DNA of 64,000 nucleotides from the sequence record MK250027.1. One strand, 5' to 3'. The translations under genes were made by a program, and so were the position numbers. Below the pieces are notes generated by a model. That model saw nothing but the letters and a program-made list of their open reading frames with translations. It was not told where the DNA came from and did not search any database. This document shows positions 46,627 to 58,317 of this stretch, in pieces (the first letter of the stretch is position 1; each line of letters begins with the position of its first letter).

Positions 46627-48063
46627 ATGATAATTAAATCACTATATGAATCATTGGTAAATTGTTTGAATGAAGCACGTGTTTAGAGAACTATAGATAA
46701 GAAACTTTGGTTAAGTATAGCATCTACATGTTCACGAAATAAATCAACTGAAGCTGAAAATATTAAACCACGATCAACATAGACGAAAGAATAGTTGTTA
46801 CCGAGATATGTAGCTGCTCTTCTTATAATGAAGAAGCAATGTCCAGAAAATGAATAGGATATTGATGATATAAAGACATTTAAATTAGTCGGTAAACGTT
46901 TACTATAGTTAGGTTGCACAATAGATGAAATAAAGCAAGAGTATATTAATAACGGAGGTAAATTAGTTACTAATACAATTAATGTAAATTCTTAGAAAAC
47001 TACATAGGTTAATCAAAAACTTAATCAAGAAGTAAAGAAAGAAGATTAGGTTAAAGTTGATAAAACAAAAGAAGTAAAGAATTAGAAACCAAAGGTATAG
47101 AAACAATTACCGCCAGGTATTAAATCTTATGATGAAGTATATGATTTTGTAAAACGTTCATATAATGATTTATATGAAATCTGCAGTGAAATATATGATA
47201 TTCTTGATATGACATATTTTACATTAAAGAAATCTTTTTATAAGATAGAAACTCCTAAATATAAATTGTATTTCAGAGATGTTACAACAGATGAGAATCA
47301 GAAACTTTATTACAATGATAAACATTGTGTTTATATAACATGGATAAAAATTGTTAAAACTAAAGTAGTTGAAGGTACATTTTGTATATTAACTAATAAT
47401 ATGACAATTAATGATGACCCTATTGGTAATACTATATAGTTAGATGATAATACAGTAATTACTAAACAATAGTTATATGAAATATGTTTAACTATATTAG
47501 CAAAATTAAGATATGCTACATAGAGTAATTATAATAATCCATTATTACCTAAAATAAAAGAGAAAACAACTTCATTCGGTATATTTGGAAATAAATCACG
47601 TGATTTTAATTCTATAATAGATAAAGGTGAAATTGAAAAGATATTACCATTTGTAATTAAGAAATATAATACCATGAAAAAATGTAATGATATTCTTGAA
47701 TTATTTTTATATAAAGCAAGGATGGGTAATAGAAATAGTGGTAAAGTATTAGAATTAGATGAACCTATATATACAGGTAAATTCTTTAATTCATAGGAAA
47801 CTTTTGATTTGATAGGATATGGCTTTAAACCAGCCGCATAGTTTATTATTCAATTTAAGTATGATGATAAATATACGACACAAATAATATATGGATATGA
47901 AGCTAGAGAATATGGACCTCCAGCAAATATTGCATCGTATTATACATCTAACAAAGATTTTTCAGCATATAGGGTAGATATGAAAGAATTACAAAAAGCT
48001 TTATGGTATACTATAGCTGTTTTATTATATTATAAAAATAATTATAGTAATGTAATTAAATAA
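46627..48063 (+). CDS. Hypothetical protein (478 aa, about 15 TAG) with LYES...LNEA leader
   Basis: Continuous frame from ATG 46627 to TAA 48063 with TAG = Gln; includes track fragment 47209-47439. AATAAATA at 46589-46596. Confidence 0.8.
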
Positions 48064-48102
48064 AATAAAGGATAGAGAAATACATCTCTATCCTTTTATA
48101 TT

Positions 48103-48558
48103 TTAAATACCAACAAAAACTAATTGATTTTTCTTTTGTATATTTTTTGTATGATTTACACTTATATGAATCCACTTGGGACCTAATTTTTTATTACCAT
48201 ATTCCCAAATAATCTATCTACATGAAATCTTACCTTTATTCTTTAAGGTGATAATTAAATCCCATAATTTTTTGTTATCTTCATATGTGTTAGAAACTGT
48301 ATGTATATCAGCAGCAGCACCAAATAAATGATCCGAATTTCTTGCGCCACCAACCTTTGAATTTAACTATGAACAACGGTAACCAGAACTTATGATAATA
48401 GGTTTACCATATGCTTCACGTATAGGTTGTAAAATTTTAGTTGCAAGATTTTTTAAATTGGTTAATTCCAATTGATTTGGATTATTTTTAATTCCACATT
48501 TATTAGCTGTATCTGATTTGATAAGTTCCTCTAAAGAAAAATTATTACTTAATTTCAT
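48103..48558 (-). CDS. Peptidase M15 (Zn DD/LD-peptidase) endolysin candidate (151 aa, 2 TAG)
   Basis: NFSLEEL...SGYRC-(TAG)-LN.KVGGA.NSDHLFGAAADI...R-(TAG)-IIWEY...WIHIS, with the SxHxxGxAxD and WxH zinc ligands. AATAAATA upstream at 48582-48589. Confidence 0.88.
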
Positions 48559-48646
48559 AATATATAATTTATATATTTAAATATTTATTAATAATCTATA
48601 TTTATAAAAATAGACTAAAAAGAATATACATTGTATAAATGTTAAT

Positions 48647-49777
48647 ATGGATAGTAATATATTTGATACATCATCTTTGACAATTAAGAATATGTCGGAT
48701 GATGAGTTTTATGAAGAGACAACATCAAAATTGTCTGAGATATTACAACATGAATTTAGAGGAATTCCATATAAGCAACAAATAAAGAAAACTGTAGATG
48801 GCTTAAATTTTGCATGTCCATTTTGTGGTGATTCAGCAACAGATGTAAGAAAGAAAAGAGCTCATTTCATTCTCAAAGGAAATTGGTCTGGAAATTTCAA
48901 ATGTTTCAATTGTGGAAAATTTATGAAGATTAATAATTTTTTCAGAGCATTTGATGTTCCGATGTCATTATCCGCAATATCTTATGTTAATGAACATGTA
49001 ACTAATTTAACACCATTCCATACGAATTCAAATGAAGTTACATCAGAAGTTTTAGATAAATCTTCTGTTATACAATATTCTGTAAAGAAAGAATATATTA
49101 AAAAATATTTAGGATTATATGAGATTGATAAGAATAATATAAATTCTGTAGAAGGATATAATTATTTAATAGATAGATGTCAATATAATTTTAATAATTT
49201 TTTATATGATCCAAGGGGGAAATATATAGTTATTTTAAATATAGTTGATACAGATAAAGTATTCGGTATTCAAATAAGAGATATAACAGGAAAGAAAAAA
49301 GCGAAGTATCTTACTATGTCTTTATCAAAAATTCATAATAAGATATTAAAAGATGATATTGAAATACCGTCAAATGTAGAAGCATTATCAACTGTATTTA
49401 ATATATTTAATATTGATTTATATAGGCCTATTCTTGTTACAGAAGGTCCATTTGATGCATTTCTTTTACCAAATTGTATAGCAACGTCAGGAGCCTCTAA
49501 ATCCATAGGAATTGATTTACCATTTTGGTTTGTATATGATTCTGATAAAACTGGAAATGAACATGCGATGAAAATGTTAGAGAAAGGATATAATGTTTTT
49601 ATGTGGGAGAAACTAAAGAAAGATTTAGGATTACCAAATAAAAATCCATATTCATCTAATAAGTTTAAATGGGATATTAATGACGTGATTAAATGGTGTC
49701 GTGATAATAATTATACACAAAAGATATATTGGTCTAAATATTTTTCTAATGATATGTTAGATGGATTAGACATTTGA
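48647..49777 (+). CDS. DNA primase (T4 gp61-like)
   Basis: Zinc finger CPFCGDS...CFNCG, TOPRIM VTEGPFDAF and YDSD..G. Confidence 0.88.
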   Translation: MDSNIFDTSSLTIKNMSDDEFYEETTSKLSEILQHEFRGIPYKQQIKKTVDGLNFACPFCGDSATDVRKKRAHFILKGNWSGNFKCFNCGKFMKINNFFRAFDVPMSLSAISYVNEHVTNLTPFHTNSNEVTSEVLDKSSVIQYSVKKEYIKKYLGLYEIDKNNINSVEGYNYLIDRCQYNFNNFLYDPRGKYIVILNIVDTDKVFGIQIRDITGKKKAKYLTMSLSKIHNKILKDDIEIPSNVEALSTVFNIFNIDLYRPILVTEGPFDAFLLPNCIATSGASKSIGIDLPFWFVYDSDKTGNEHAMKMLEKGYNVFMWEKLKKDLGLPNKNPYSSNKFKWDINDVIKWCRDNNYTQKIYWSKYFSNDMLDGLDI

Positions 49778-49835
49778 TAATAATTATTATATAATATTTA
49801 AAAGTAATAACATAAATTTTTAAATTGAATTAATT

Positions 49836-50858
49836 ATGAAGAAAGAGAATATTTCAGAACTCTTGTCTAACGCGGATCAGAAGTTGTTGAAATCTGTTAA
49901 GGATGAATTTGGTAAGTTGTCTAATGTAGACAAAAAGAAAGTTATCGATTCTACTAATAGTATTATGGATTCATTCTGTGATGTATTGGGTATAGAGAAT
50001 AAGTATAAGGTAACAGAAGATATGTTTACTGATTGTAAGGATAAGTGTAAAGATATTAAGTCTAAACTTAAGAATAAAAAAGAAGATCTCAAAGATCTTG
50101 CATCAGATACACTTTCAAAACTTGGTATTTCTGATGAGTTTATTAAGAATTGGAAGATTGATGGAGATAAGATTTACATTGATGTTCAAATGCCTATTGA
50201 AGATGATAATGTTACAGATATTGATTTGAATGTTGATGATGGAGGAGTTTCTTATGATGATTCACTTTATACTAATATTAATAAGGATAATGATCCTGAA
50301 TATGATGAAGCTGTAAAGCACGGAAAGATTAAAGAGGAAGATCATCCAGAATATTTTGATACTATAGGCGATGACGTAAATATTCCTAAGTATACACGTA
50401 AAAATAAAGTAAAGGATAAGAAATCTCGTAAGATTAAGTTTAAGAATAATCTTAATATGCAACAGGTAAAACCTGTAGTAGAGCAAGAACAAGTTAAACC
50501 GTCTGTTCTTGATAGACTTAAATCTGAAGCAAAACCTGTTGAAAAGAAGAAAGAGATTGATTGGAATGAAATTAAGAAAATTCTTCTTGATAAGATTTGC
50601 GCAATTCTTGAGGATGAAAATACTCATGATTATGTTGTATATCCACGAGAAGGTAATATTCCTGCATCTGTTCAGGTTGATTTACATGAAGTTTGTTCAT
50701 GTGTAGTGGATAATTATAAAATTCTTGATGATATTGCAGAAGCACTTAAAGAAAAGTATGATTTTCCTGATGTATATATTCATGCAACAGAAGTAAAGGA
50801 TTCATGTGATAAAGATTCAACAGTAACATTATCAGTGGTAATGACATTGGAAGATTAA
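49836..50858 (+). CDS. Hypothetical protein (340 aa)
   Basis: Track ORF with TAA stop, followed by a hairpin near 50892-50918. Confidence 0.8.
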   Translation: MKKENISELLSNADQKLLKSVKDEFGKLSNVDKKKVIDSTNSIMDSFCDVLGIENKYKVTEDMFTDCKDKCKDIKSKLKNKKEDLKDLASDTLSKLGISDEFIKNWKIDGDKIYIDVQMPIEDDNVTDIDLNVDDGGVSYDDSLYTNINKDNDPEYDEAVKHGKIKEEDHPEYFDTIGDDVNIPKYTRKNKVKDKKSRKIKFKNNLNMQQVKPVVEQEQVKPSVLDRLKSEAKPVEKKKEIDWNEIKKILLDKICAILEDENTHDYVVYPREGNIPASVQVDLHEVCSCVVDNYKILDDIAEALKEKYDFPDVYIHATEVKDSCDKDSTVTLSVVMTLED

Positions 50859-51002
50859 ATTCTTTCATACTATAATAATTGATGAGTTTAATGCTAACCT
50901 ATTTTTATAGGTTAGCATTTTTTATTTTATACTGTTTTACTATCTTATAAATATAAAAATGTTTATAGTTATTATTCTAAATTTATTCAGTTAAGAATAA
51001 TA

Positions 51003-51042
51003 GATAAATAATAAAAAGAAAATTTATTTAATAAAACATAAT
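51003..51042 (+). promoter_or_regulatory. T4-like late promoter/leader (GATAAATAATAAAAAGAAAAT...)
   Basis: Nearly identical to the leader upstream of 21252 on the minus strand. TATAAATA is also present at 50946-50953. Confidence 0.65.
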
Positions 51043-54000
51043 ATGGGAAAAATTTCTATTGACTTATCTACTATAAAATCAGCTGGTATTTATACTATAG
51101 AAATCGATAACTCACAGAGAGAAGTAACTAATCCTACTTCACTTCGTTTGTTACCTGGTTTTAATAACAAAGGTCCATTCAACCGTCCTGTATTCATGCA
51201 ATATGAATCTGAACGTCAGAAGATCTTTGGTGATATTGACAGTAAGCTTGAGTAGAAAGGTTGTTTCTTTAATAGAATGGCATAGACTATGCTTAAGGAA
51301 GGCCCTGTATTAGCTCTTAATTTATTGAAGGTTGATGAATCAATTGATGGTCCTGATTAGGTAAACTATGCAACTATGTCATTAGACTCATGTAAACCTA
51401 ATCCTAAAGTTGTTAATGCAGGAAAGACATATGGTGAATACGATTATTAGGCGGAAACTATTGATAATAAGTTATATGGTACAACACAAGGTGCAGTAAT
51501 TCCTTATGTAGGTAAAACTCCATATGCAAGTTTGTTTGACCGTGCTAGATTCTGGGTTCCTTCCAAGAATAATCTTCAAGGTGTTGCAGCTAATGGATTG
51601 TTAAGTAATGATCAAGGTTCATATGAACATACGAACTTACTTAATTTTGCTAATACCGGTACAGATGAAATTTCAATTCTTGTTTATAAGCCTGAAAATA
51701 TTACTGGTTATGATGTAACTGCTAAAGAATGGTGGGGTGGTGATGAGAACATCCCTTATGGATGGATTCGTCCATCAGATTATATTTCTGATTATTTTAT
51801 TCGAGTTGTTGCTATTAAAGGTAACTGGACAAATTATCCTGTTCTTGCGAGTGATCCTATTTGGAGTAAATATTTTGACAAAACAGGTGTAATTAAATCA
51901 AAAGTTTCATCTTTATGTTCAGCAGAAGGCGTAACATTTATTGGTTCTTGGACAGGTACTATTATTCCTGATTTTACTGATAAACAAGGTAATTACATGT
52001 ATATTGAATCAAAGGTAAATGCTAATACAGAACGTACTGGCCTTTTGATGTCTGTTAATGAAGATGCTCTTCAAGTTATTTCATATGATAAGAATAGCGT
52101 TGATGTTGAGACAGGTAATGAAAACGGTACAGGTACATGGGTATTTGATTTCGATGGAAATAAACAAGCAGAATCAGAACTTGGAGAAAGTGAGATTAAC
52201 GAGTCAGGGTATCTTGTTGATATGGTTGGACATAATCTTCAGACAGGTATTTATTCAGATAATTATTATTTGAATCTTGCACATCCGCAAAGCGATATGA
52301 GTGCGTCAGATATAGAAAATGCAGGTATAGTTGTACCTTCATATTATTTCCAAAAGACACAAGCATTTGATCCAGACATTAAAGACCCTACGTTTAATAG
52401 TCAGAAAGCATGGTGCTTATCATTTAATGGTAGAGAAACTGCAAATTTAACAGATGATGTAGTACCATCAGCATTAGTTAGAGTTTTATATGCAAACAAT
52501 GATAAACCAATGAAGGCATTTGCCATTTATAATACAAAAACTAATTAGCCAGTTAAAGCAAAAAATAGCAGATATGGAGCGAACTTTTATATTATATTAG
52601 ACGAAAATAGTATAAATAAGTTTAAAACATCCACTGGTGATACATTAACAAATTTAATAAAAGACAAGTTTGTTTATGCGCAACCAAATTTAAATGTTTC
52701 ATATAATATAAAAGATAAAGTTTATAAATTAGATTCAACAGGAAAGAAATTTACAACAAATCAAGCTATTGTTTCTGATGTTATATCAACAGATGATAAA
52801 TCATTATTTATTAAGGAAGTACCAGTCGTAAAAGATACTAATGATATTTACGTATATGAAGATAAAACTTTGTATTATGGTACATATGCAATTCCTTCTG
52901 TTGAAAATGAATCAGTACAATTATTTGCTGTAATTGGCGGTAATAAAGCTAATGCTTATGCAGTTATCAGAGATATTGATACAATAACAACAAGTACACA
53001 AGGAAATAAATTAGAAAAAGTTTCAATTACTAATTTTAAAGATCATAAAACAGATTCATTTACAAATGCAACAGCTGGAGGATATACTTTCAGTTATGGT
53101 GGTAATGATTACTTCATTAGAGGTTTGGAGCAAGTGGATACATTATTCAATAATAAGAATCTCATGTATAAACTTGTTAAATCTGATACTCCTACATATT
53201 TCGGTGTAAACTTCTTATCATATAATTATATAACAGAACATATTAATGAAGTTGTTTCTAATGTATATCATGCATGTTATTTCAATGGTTATACAAATAA
53301 TTCTGAAACTTCTGAAAAAATTAATTTGGTTTATAATGATTTATATGATAATGATGCAGTTCCTGTAACAGATACTAATTTAAATTCATTTATCATTACG
53401 GATGATAATGAAGCAAGTAATATTTCAGTTGGTGATTACGTTAATAACATTTCATTCTATAATAATCAAGGTGAAGCAGAAAAATATAATTTGATTCCAG
53501 GTATTACAAGAGTTATTACAAAAGTATTTATTAACGTTGATGCTCGAAATGAATTTAATTATAAAGGTACTAAATATCATATTAATGTTAGTAAAACTAG
53601 TGACGGTAATTTGATTGAAACAAAATCTGGTAAACGCGGTTTCTATTTGTTCACTACATTAGACCCTGTTTATATTAGTAAGACTAATTATGTTATTCGC
53701 TAGAAAGCTATTACAAATGATGTGATTTCACATAACTTAAAGTTTATTCCACTTAAAGGTTTACATATTTCTGCTAAGCACCGTCCAGGTTTTGATGAAT
53801 ATGGTAAACTTGATATTGAAGGAGGTATTGAGAAGATTTATTCAATGCTCGAGGACGACGGAATTCACAGAGGTCTTTGTAATCCTAATATGGTTGATTA
53901 TCGTTATATCGTTGATTCAATGTCATATGGTTTATCAAATGAAATGGGTGGTAAGAAATACCTTGCAATTCTCGCTAAAGATCGTATGAAGACAACAGCA

Positions 54001-54804
54001 TTGCTTAATCTTCCATCTAAGAGACAGTTTGAACTTTCTATAGATCCATGTTTCTGCGATACTTATGATTAGGGTGTTTATACAAAACCTTCATTCGATA
54101 CTAAGTATATTCCTCAAGGTGGTAATACTGATATGTATTCAACTACAATGTTTACACTTCCTACAGAAGATGATGGTTCTAAGTTCGCAGCAGCTTTCTG
54201 GCCTCACTTAGTATATAATGTAAACGGTAGAAAGATTAATGTTCCACCAGCAGCTGATGTATGTAACGTGCTTATCCGTAAGTTCAACGGAGGTGATCCT
54301 TATGTAATTGCAGCTAATAGAAACGGTATCATTAGAAATTCTGATGTTTCTGGTATTGAGTTTAATGCAGATACTACAGATAGAAATTATCTTGAACCAT
54401 TCGGAGTTAATACAATTATTCAGGAAGGTAATAATATACTTATCTACGGTAATCAAACATGTTATCAAACAACAAAGAGTGATTTCAATAAGTTACATGT
54501 TCGCGAGAACCTTAATACTCTTGAAATTGCATGTGAGGATGTTCTTAAGCAATATAACTTCTTGTATAACACTCCAGCAGTTCGTGCTTCAGTTGTTACT
54601 GCGCTTACTCCAATTCTCGAAACTATGAAATTGTCTAATGCGATTGAAAGTTATGAAATCGTATGTGATGAGTCAAACAACACACCGGACATCATAGCAG
54701 AAGATTTTGGAATAGTGGACATAAGTGTTATAATGTCACATGGAATGGAACGCATTGTCCAAAGAATTACGTTGAATCGTAGAGATACATTACAAAATTC
54801 ATAA
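51043..54804 (+). CDS. Contractile tail sheath protein (T4 gp18-like), 1253 aa, 7 TAG
   Basis: Five track fragments share one frame and are joined only by TAG. N-terminal SAGIYTIEID; C-terminal GVNTII..., YGNQT, KLHVRENL and YEIVCDESNNTPDII sheath motifs. Confidence 0.92.
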
Positions 54805-54916
54805 TATATTTAAATAGGTTAGAATTATATATTCTAACCTATTTTTTATTTTTAATCTTTTTATATAACTTTTTCCATAATTTATTATATAATATATAAA
54901 TATTAAAATTTTGTCA

Positions 54917-56734
54917 ATGAATGATAATTTAATAATACAGCGATTTATAACAAGTAAAGATAAAATTAATCCTCATTATAAACAAATTATAAATAGTAAT
55001 CAAGAAATAAAAAATTATTTAGATAATCGTTATACTGATGGTAATGATGATTATTGCGAAACATTATATAGAATTCAACATCATATAGAAACACATCCAG
55101 TATGTCCAAATTGTGGGAAATATGTTAGATATATAAATGGAACGGGCTATAGAGAATCATGTTCAGTAAGTTGTAGTAAAAAATATATAAAAGAAAAAAG
55201 TAATAATATTATTACAGATGATATAATTAAAAATGATTATTTAGAGAATAATAAGATAAACACAAATAAATTACAAATTAAATATATTAAAGAACATGGA
55301 TATGAGAATTATTTATTAAATAGATATAAAGATACTAAAAATTTTGGGGAAGTAATTTATAGAATATGTAATAATATATTTGAAATACCCAAGTGTAAAG
55401 TATGTAATAAACAAGTAAAATTTTTAAGTTTAATAAATGGTTATGATGATGTATGTTCAGATAGATGTAAAAATATTTCATTATTACCAGAAATAACTGA
55501 TGATTATATAAAATCATTAGATAAGAAAGGCGGTTTATTTAAAGGTATATGGTATGGTCATGATAAAATTGAGGAATATTTAAAAAATAAGTTTAAAGAA
55601 GAATATAGGTCATATGATGAAGCAATTTATATGGTATTAGAAAATTTAAAACATATTCCAAGATGCCCAGTTTGTGGGAAACTTTTAATGTTTAAAAAAG
55701 ATAGATCTCAGTTTAGTAGTAGATTTATGAAATATTGTTCACATGAATGTCAATCAATAGGTAAACGTTTAAAAACAATTAATAAGATAAAAAAATTAAC
55801 AGGGTTTAATATTGAGTTAATTAATAACAATCAATATAAATTTATTAATGTATGTGATATTCATAAAGAATTCATTTTAACACATGATCAATTTCATAAT
55901 AGGTGTTCAACGACAAGATATATGTATGGAGTATTATGTCCAATTTGTAATCCTGAAAGAAATCCACAAACTTCTATTGAAACTATTATGAAAGATATAT
56001 TAGATAATTTAAAAATAAATTATATTCAACATGATAGAAAAATAATAGTTCCAAAAGAATTGGATTTTTATTTACCTGATTATAAAATAGGAATAGAATG
56101 TAATGGCACATATTGGCACAGTACAGATAAAAAAGATAAAGATTATCATATAAACAAATATAATTTATGTAAAGATAAAGATATACAATTATTATCGTTT
56201 TGGGAATATGATATTAAACATAATGAAAGTTTTATTACTAATATTCTAAAGATATATACAGATAAAATAGATAATTATATTATATTAAATAATAATTATG
56301 AAATTAAGTCTATTGATAATAAAACATATAAGAATTTTTTAAAAACTTATGATTTGGATAGAAATAATAAAAGAGTTTCTGAAAAGTATGGATTATTTGT
56401 AAATGATAAATTAATATATGTTATAGGATTTAATTATAATAAAACAAATATGCATATTATTAAAATATGTTCAAGGTATAATTATTATATAAATGATATT
56501 ATATATTATTTTATAAAGTTTTTAAAATATGATAATAAAATAATTATAGATGTTAATAATGATATTGGTGATATTTATAATATAAAGAAATATAGTAATT
56601 ATTTAAAAACTGTTGATAATTATACAGAATTTAAAGTTAAGAAAGATGATACAGTATTAGCAAAAAAGAATGATAAATTTATAGTAAAATGTTATGGTAG
56701 TGGAATAATACAATATGAATTTAATAAATGTTAA
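54917..56734 (+). CDS. Putative free-standing homing endonuclease: three zinc-ribbon repeats plus a Vsr-like PD-(D/E)XK nuclease domain
   Basis: Three YLxNRY...P.C..C...CSxxC repeats, then ELDFYLPDYKIGIECNGTYWHS. No TAG codons. Confidence 0.7.
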   Translation: MNDNLIIQRFITSKDKINPHYKQIINSNQEIKNYLDNRYTDGNDDYCETLYRIQHHIETHPVCPNCGKYVRYINGTGYRESCSVSCSKKYIKEKSNNIITDDIIKNDYLENNKINTNKLQIKYIKEHGYENYLLNRYKDTKNFGEVIYRICNNIFEIPKCKVCNKQVKFLSLINGYDDVCSDRCKNISLLPEITDDYIKSLDKKGGLFKGIWYGHDKIEEYLKNKFKEEYRSYDEAIYMVLENLKHIPRCPVCGKLLMFKKDRSQFSSRFMKYCSHECQSIGKRLKTINKIKKLTGFNIELINNNQYKFINVCDIHKEFILTHDQFHNRCSTTRYMYGVLCPICNPERNPQTSIETIMKDILDNLKINYIQHDRKIIVPKELDFYLPDYKIGIECNGTYWHSTDKKDKDYHINKYNLCKDKDIQLLSFWEYDIKHNESFITNILKIYTDKIDNYIILNNNYEIKSIDNKTYKNFLKTYDLDRNNKRVSEKYGLFVNDKLIYVIGFNYNKTNMHIIKICSRYNYYINDIIYYFIKFLKYDNKIIIDVNNDIGDIYNIKKYSNYLKTVDNYTEFKVKKDDTVLAKKNDKFIVKCYGSGIIQYEFNKC

Positions 56735-56786
56735 TTTATGAACTATTGTATATTTTTATTATATAGTAATATAGAGTTATTAAATA

Positions 56787-57263
56787 ATGAAGGTTATGAA
56801 GACAAATATTAATATAAAGAATAAGAAAGCATATTTTGATTATACTTTTATAGAGACATTTATAGCAGGTATTATATTAACAGGAACAGAGATTAAATCT
56901 ATAAGGCAAGGTAAAGCATCTCTTGTAGATACATTCTGTTATGTTAAAGATAATAGGGAAGTATGGATGACAAATTCTTATATAGCACCATATGAAAATA
57001 GTGGATATATTAAACATGAAGAAAGACGTCAGAGAAAACTTCTTCTGAATAAGAATGAGATTAAAAGATTATATAGAGAAACAAGAATTCCGGGTATTAC
57101 AATTGTTCCTGTGAGAATGTTTATAAATGAAAGAGGATTATGTAAAGTAGAGATTGCTTTATGTAAAGGTAAAAAAGAATATGATAAGAGAGATTCTATT
57201 AAGGAAAAAGATAATAAGAGAAATCTTGATAGAGTTATGAAGAATTATACATATGTTAATTAA
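56787..57263 (+). CDS. smpB: SsrA-binding protein SmpB
   Basis: NKKAYFDY...[50 protein letters not shown]. Confidence 0.96.
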   Translation: MKVMKTNINIKNKKAYFDYTFIETFIAGIILTGTEIKSIRQGKASLVDTFCYVKDNREVWMTNSYIAPYENSGYIKHEERRQRKLLLNKNEIKRLYRETRIPGITIVPVRMFINERGLCKVEIALCKGKKEYDKRDSIKEKDNKRNLDRVMKNYTYVN

Positions 57264-57333
57264 ATTATAGAATATCATATTGTAATATTAGTTAATTGAT
57301 AAATATATTAAAGTATATTTTTCTAATCTAATC

Positions 57334-58239
57334 ATGAAATATATAAAATTATGTGGTACTAAAAAAGCATTAGACGAAACAATATGTTCAATTAAACATG
57401 GAGATGGCGCTTATGTATTTAATGTAAAGAATACATCAGATAATTTAACATTTTATAATGAAATACATCCAGGACCAAACTGTATACATGTTGAAAATAT
57501 AAATATGAAGCCATTAAAGATTGATTCATCATCAATTAAATAGAATTTTGAAATTGGAGATGTTTTATATTCAACACTTGATGGTAAATTAACATTAGAT
57601 GAAACAACAGATGATAAGAAAAATATAGCTATTGCTATTTGTGTAATTCCTTCTGTTTTGGAAAATTTTGAAAAAGGTGATCAATCAGATGACGCTGTTG
57701 AAACTGCACGATTTATTGCTCTTGAATATATGACATATGATATAGAGCATCTTGAGTTAACAAGAGATACTGATTAGGAAAATCGAAAAATAATGTTTGG
57801 TAATTATAGTGTAACAATAGGAAATAGATATGGAGATAAAACTTCATGTGTTGGTGGTAAAATAAATACATAGAAATGTTTAGATAAGTCATATAATTAG
57901 GATTCACGTTTATGTAATGGAATTACTAATAATCCTGGTGCTGGATATTGTCCAGCAGCATGTTCTTGTGTTGCATATTCAACAATAGGTACAAAACCAG
58001 GAGATTGGTATTTACCTTCACCTGGTGAAATGACAGCGTTTATTAATAATAAAACACTTATAAATAATAAGAAGAAATAGTTAAACGGAACTACATTTGG
58101 TAATTATTATTATTGGACTTGCTTAGAGTATAATAATAATTATAATTATTGTGTACATTTTAGTGATCCAACGCCACGCTGGCAAGGTGCGAAAAATGTA
58201 ACTGCACATGTTATTTCTTTTTTATCAGTTTCATTATAA
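57334..58239 (+). CDS. Protein with C-terminal DUF1566/CLec-like domain (301 aa, 5 TAG)
   Basis: Read-through of track ORF 57334-57543. GDWYLPSPGEM and YYWTCLEY...VHF motifs resemble DUF1566-type folds. Confidence 0.65.
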
Positions 58240-58317
58240 TATAATTTTATGTAATATATTAAAACTAAAATCTAATTTTACAGTATAAATTATTGTAAAA
58301 TTAGATTTTTTATTTTT

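Noticed and set aside
54804-56787. A TnpB-style duplicated gene tail around the homing endonuclease
   Set aside because: No copy of the sheath 3' end was found downstream of the endonuclease.
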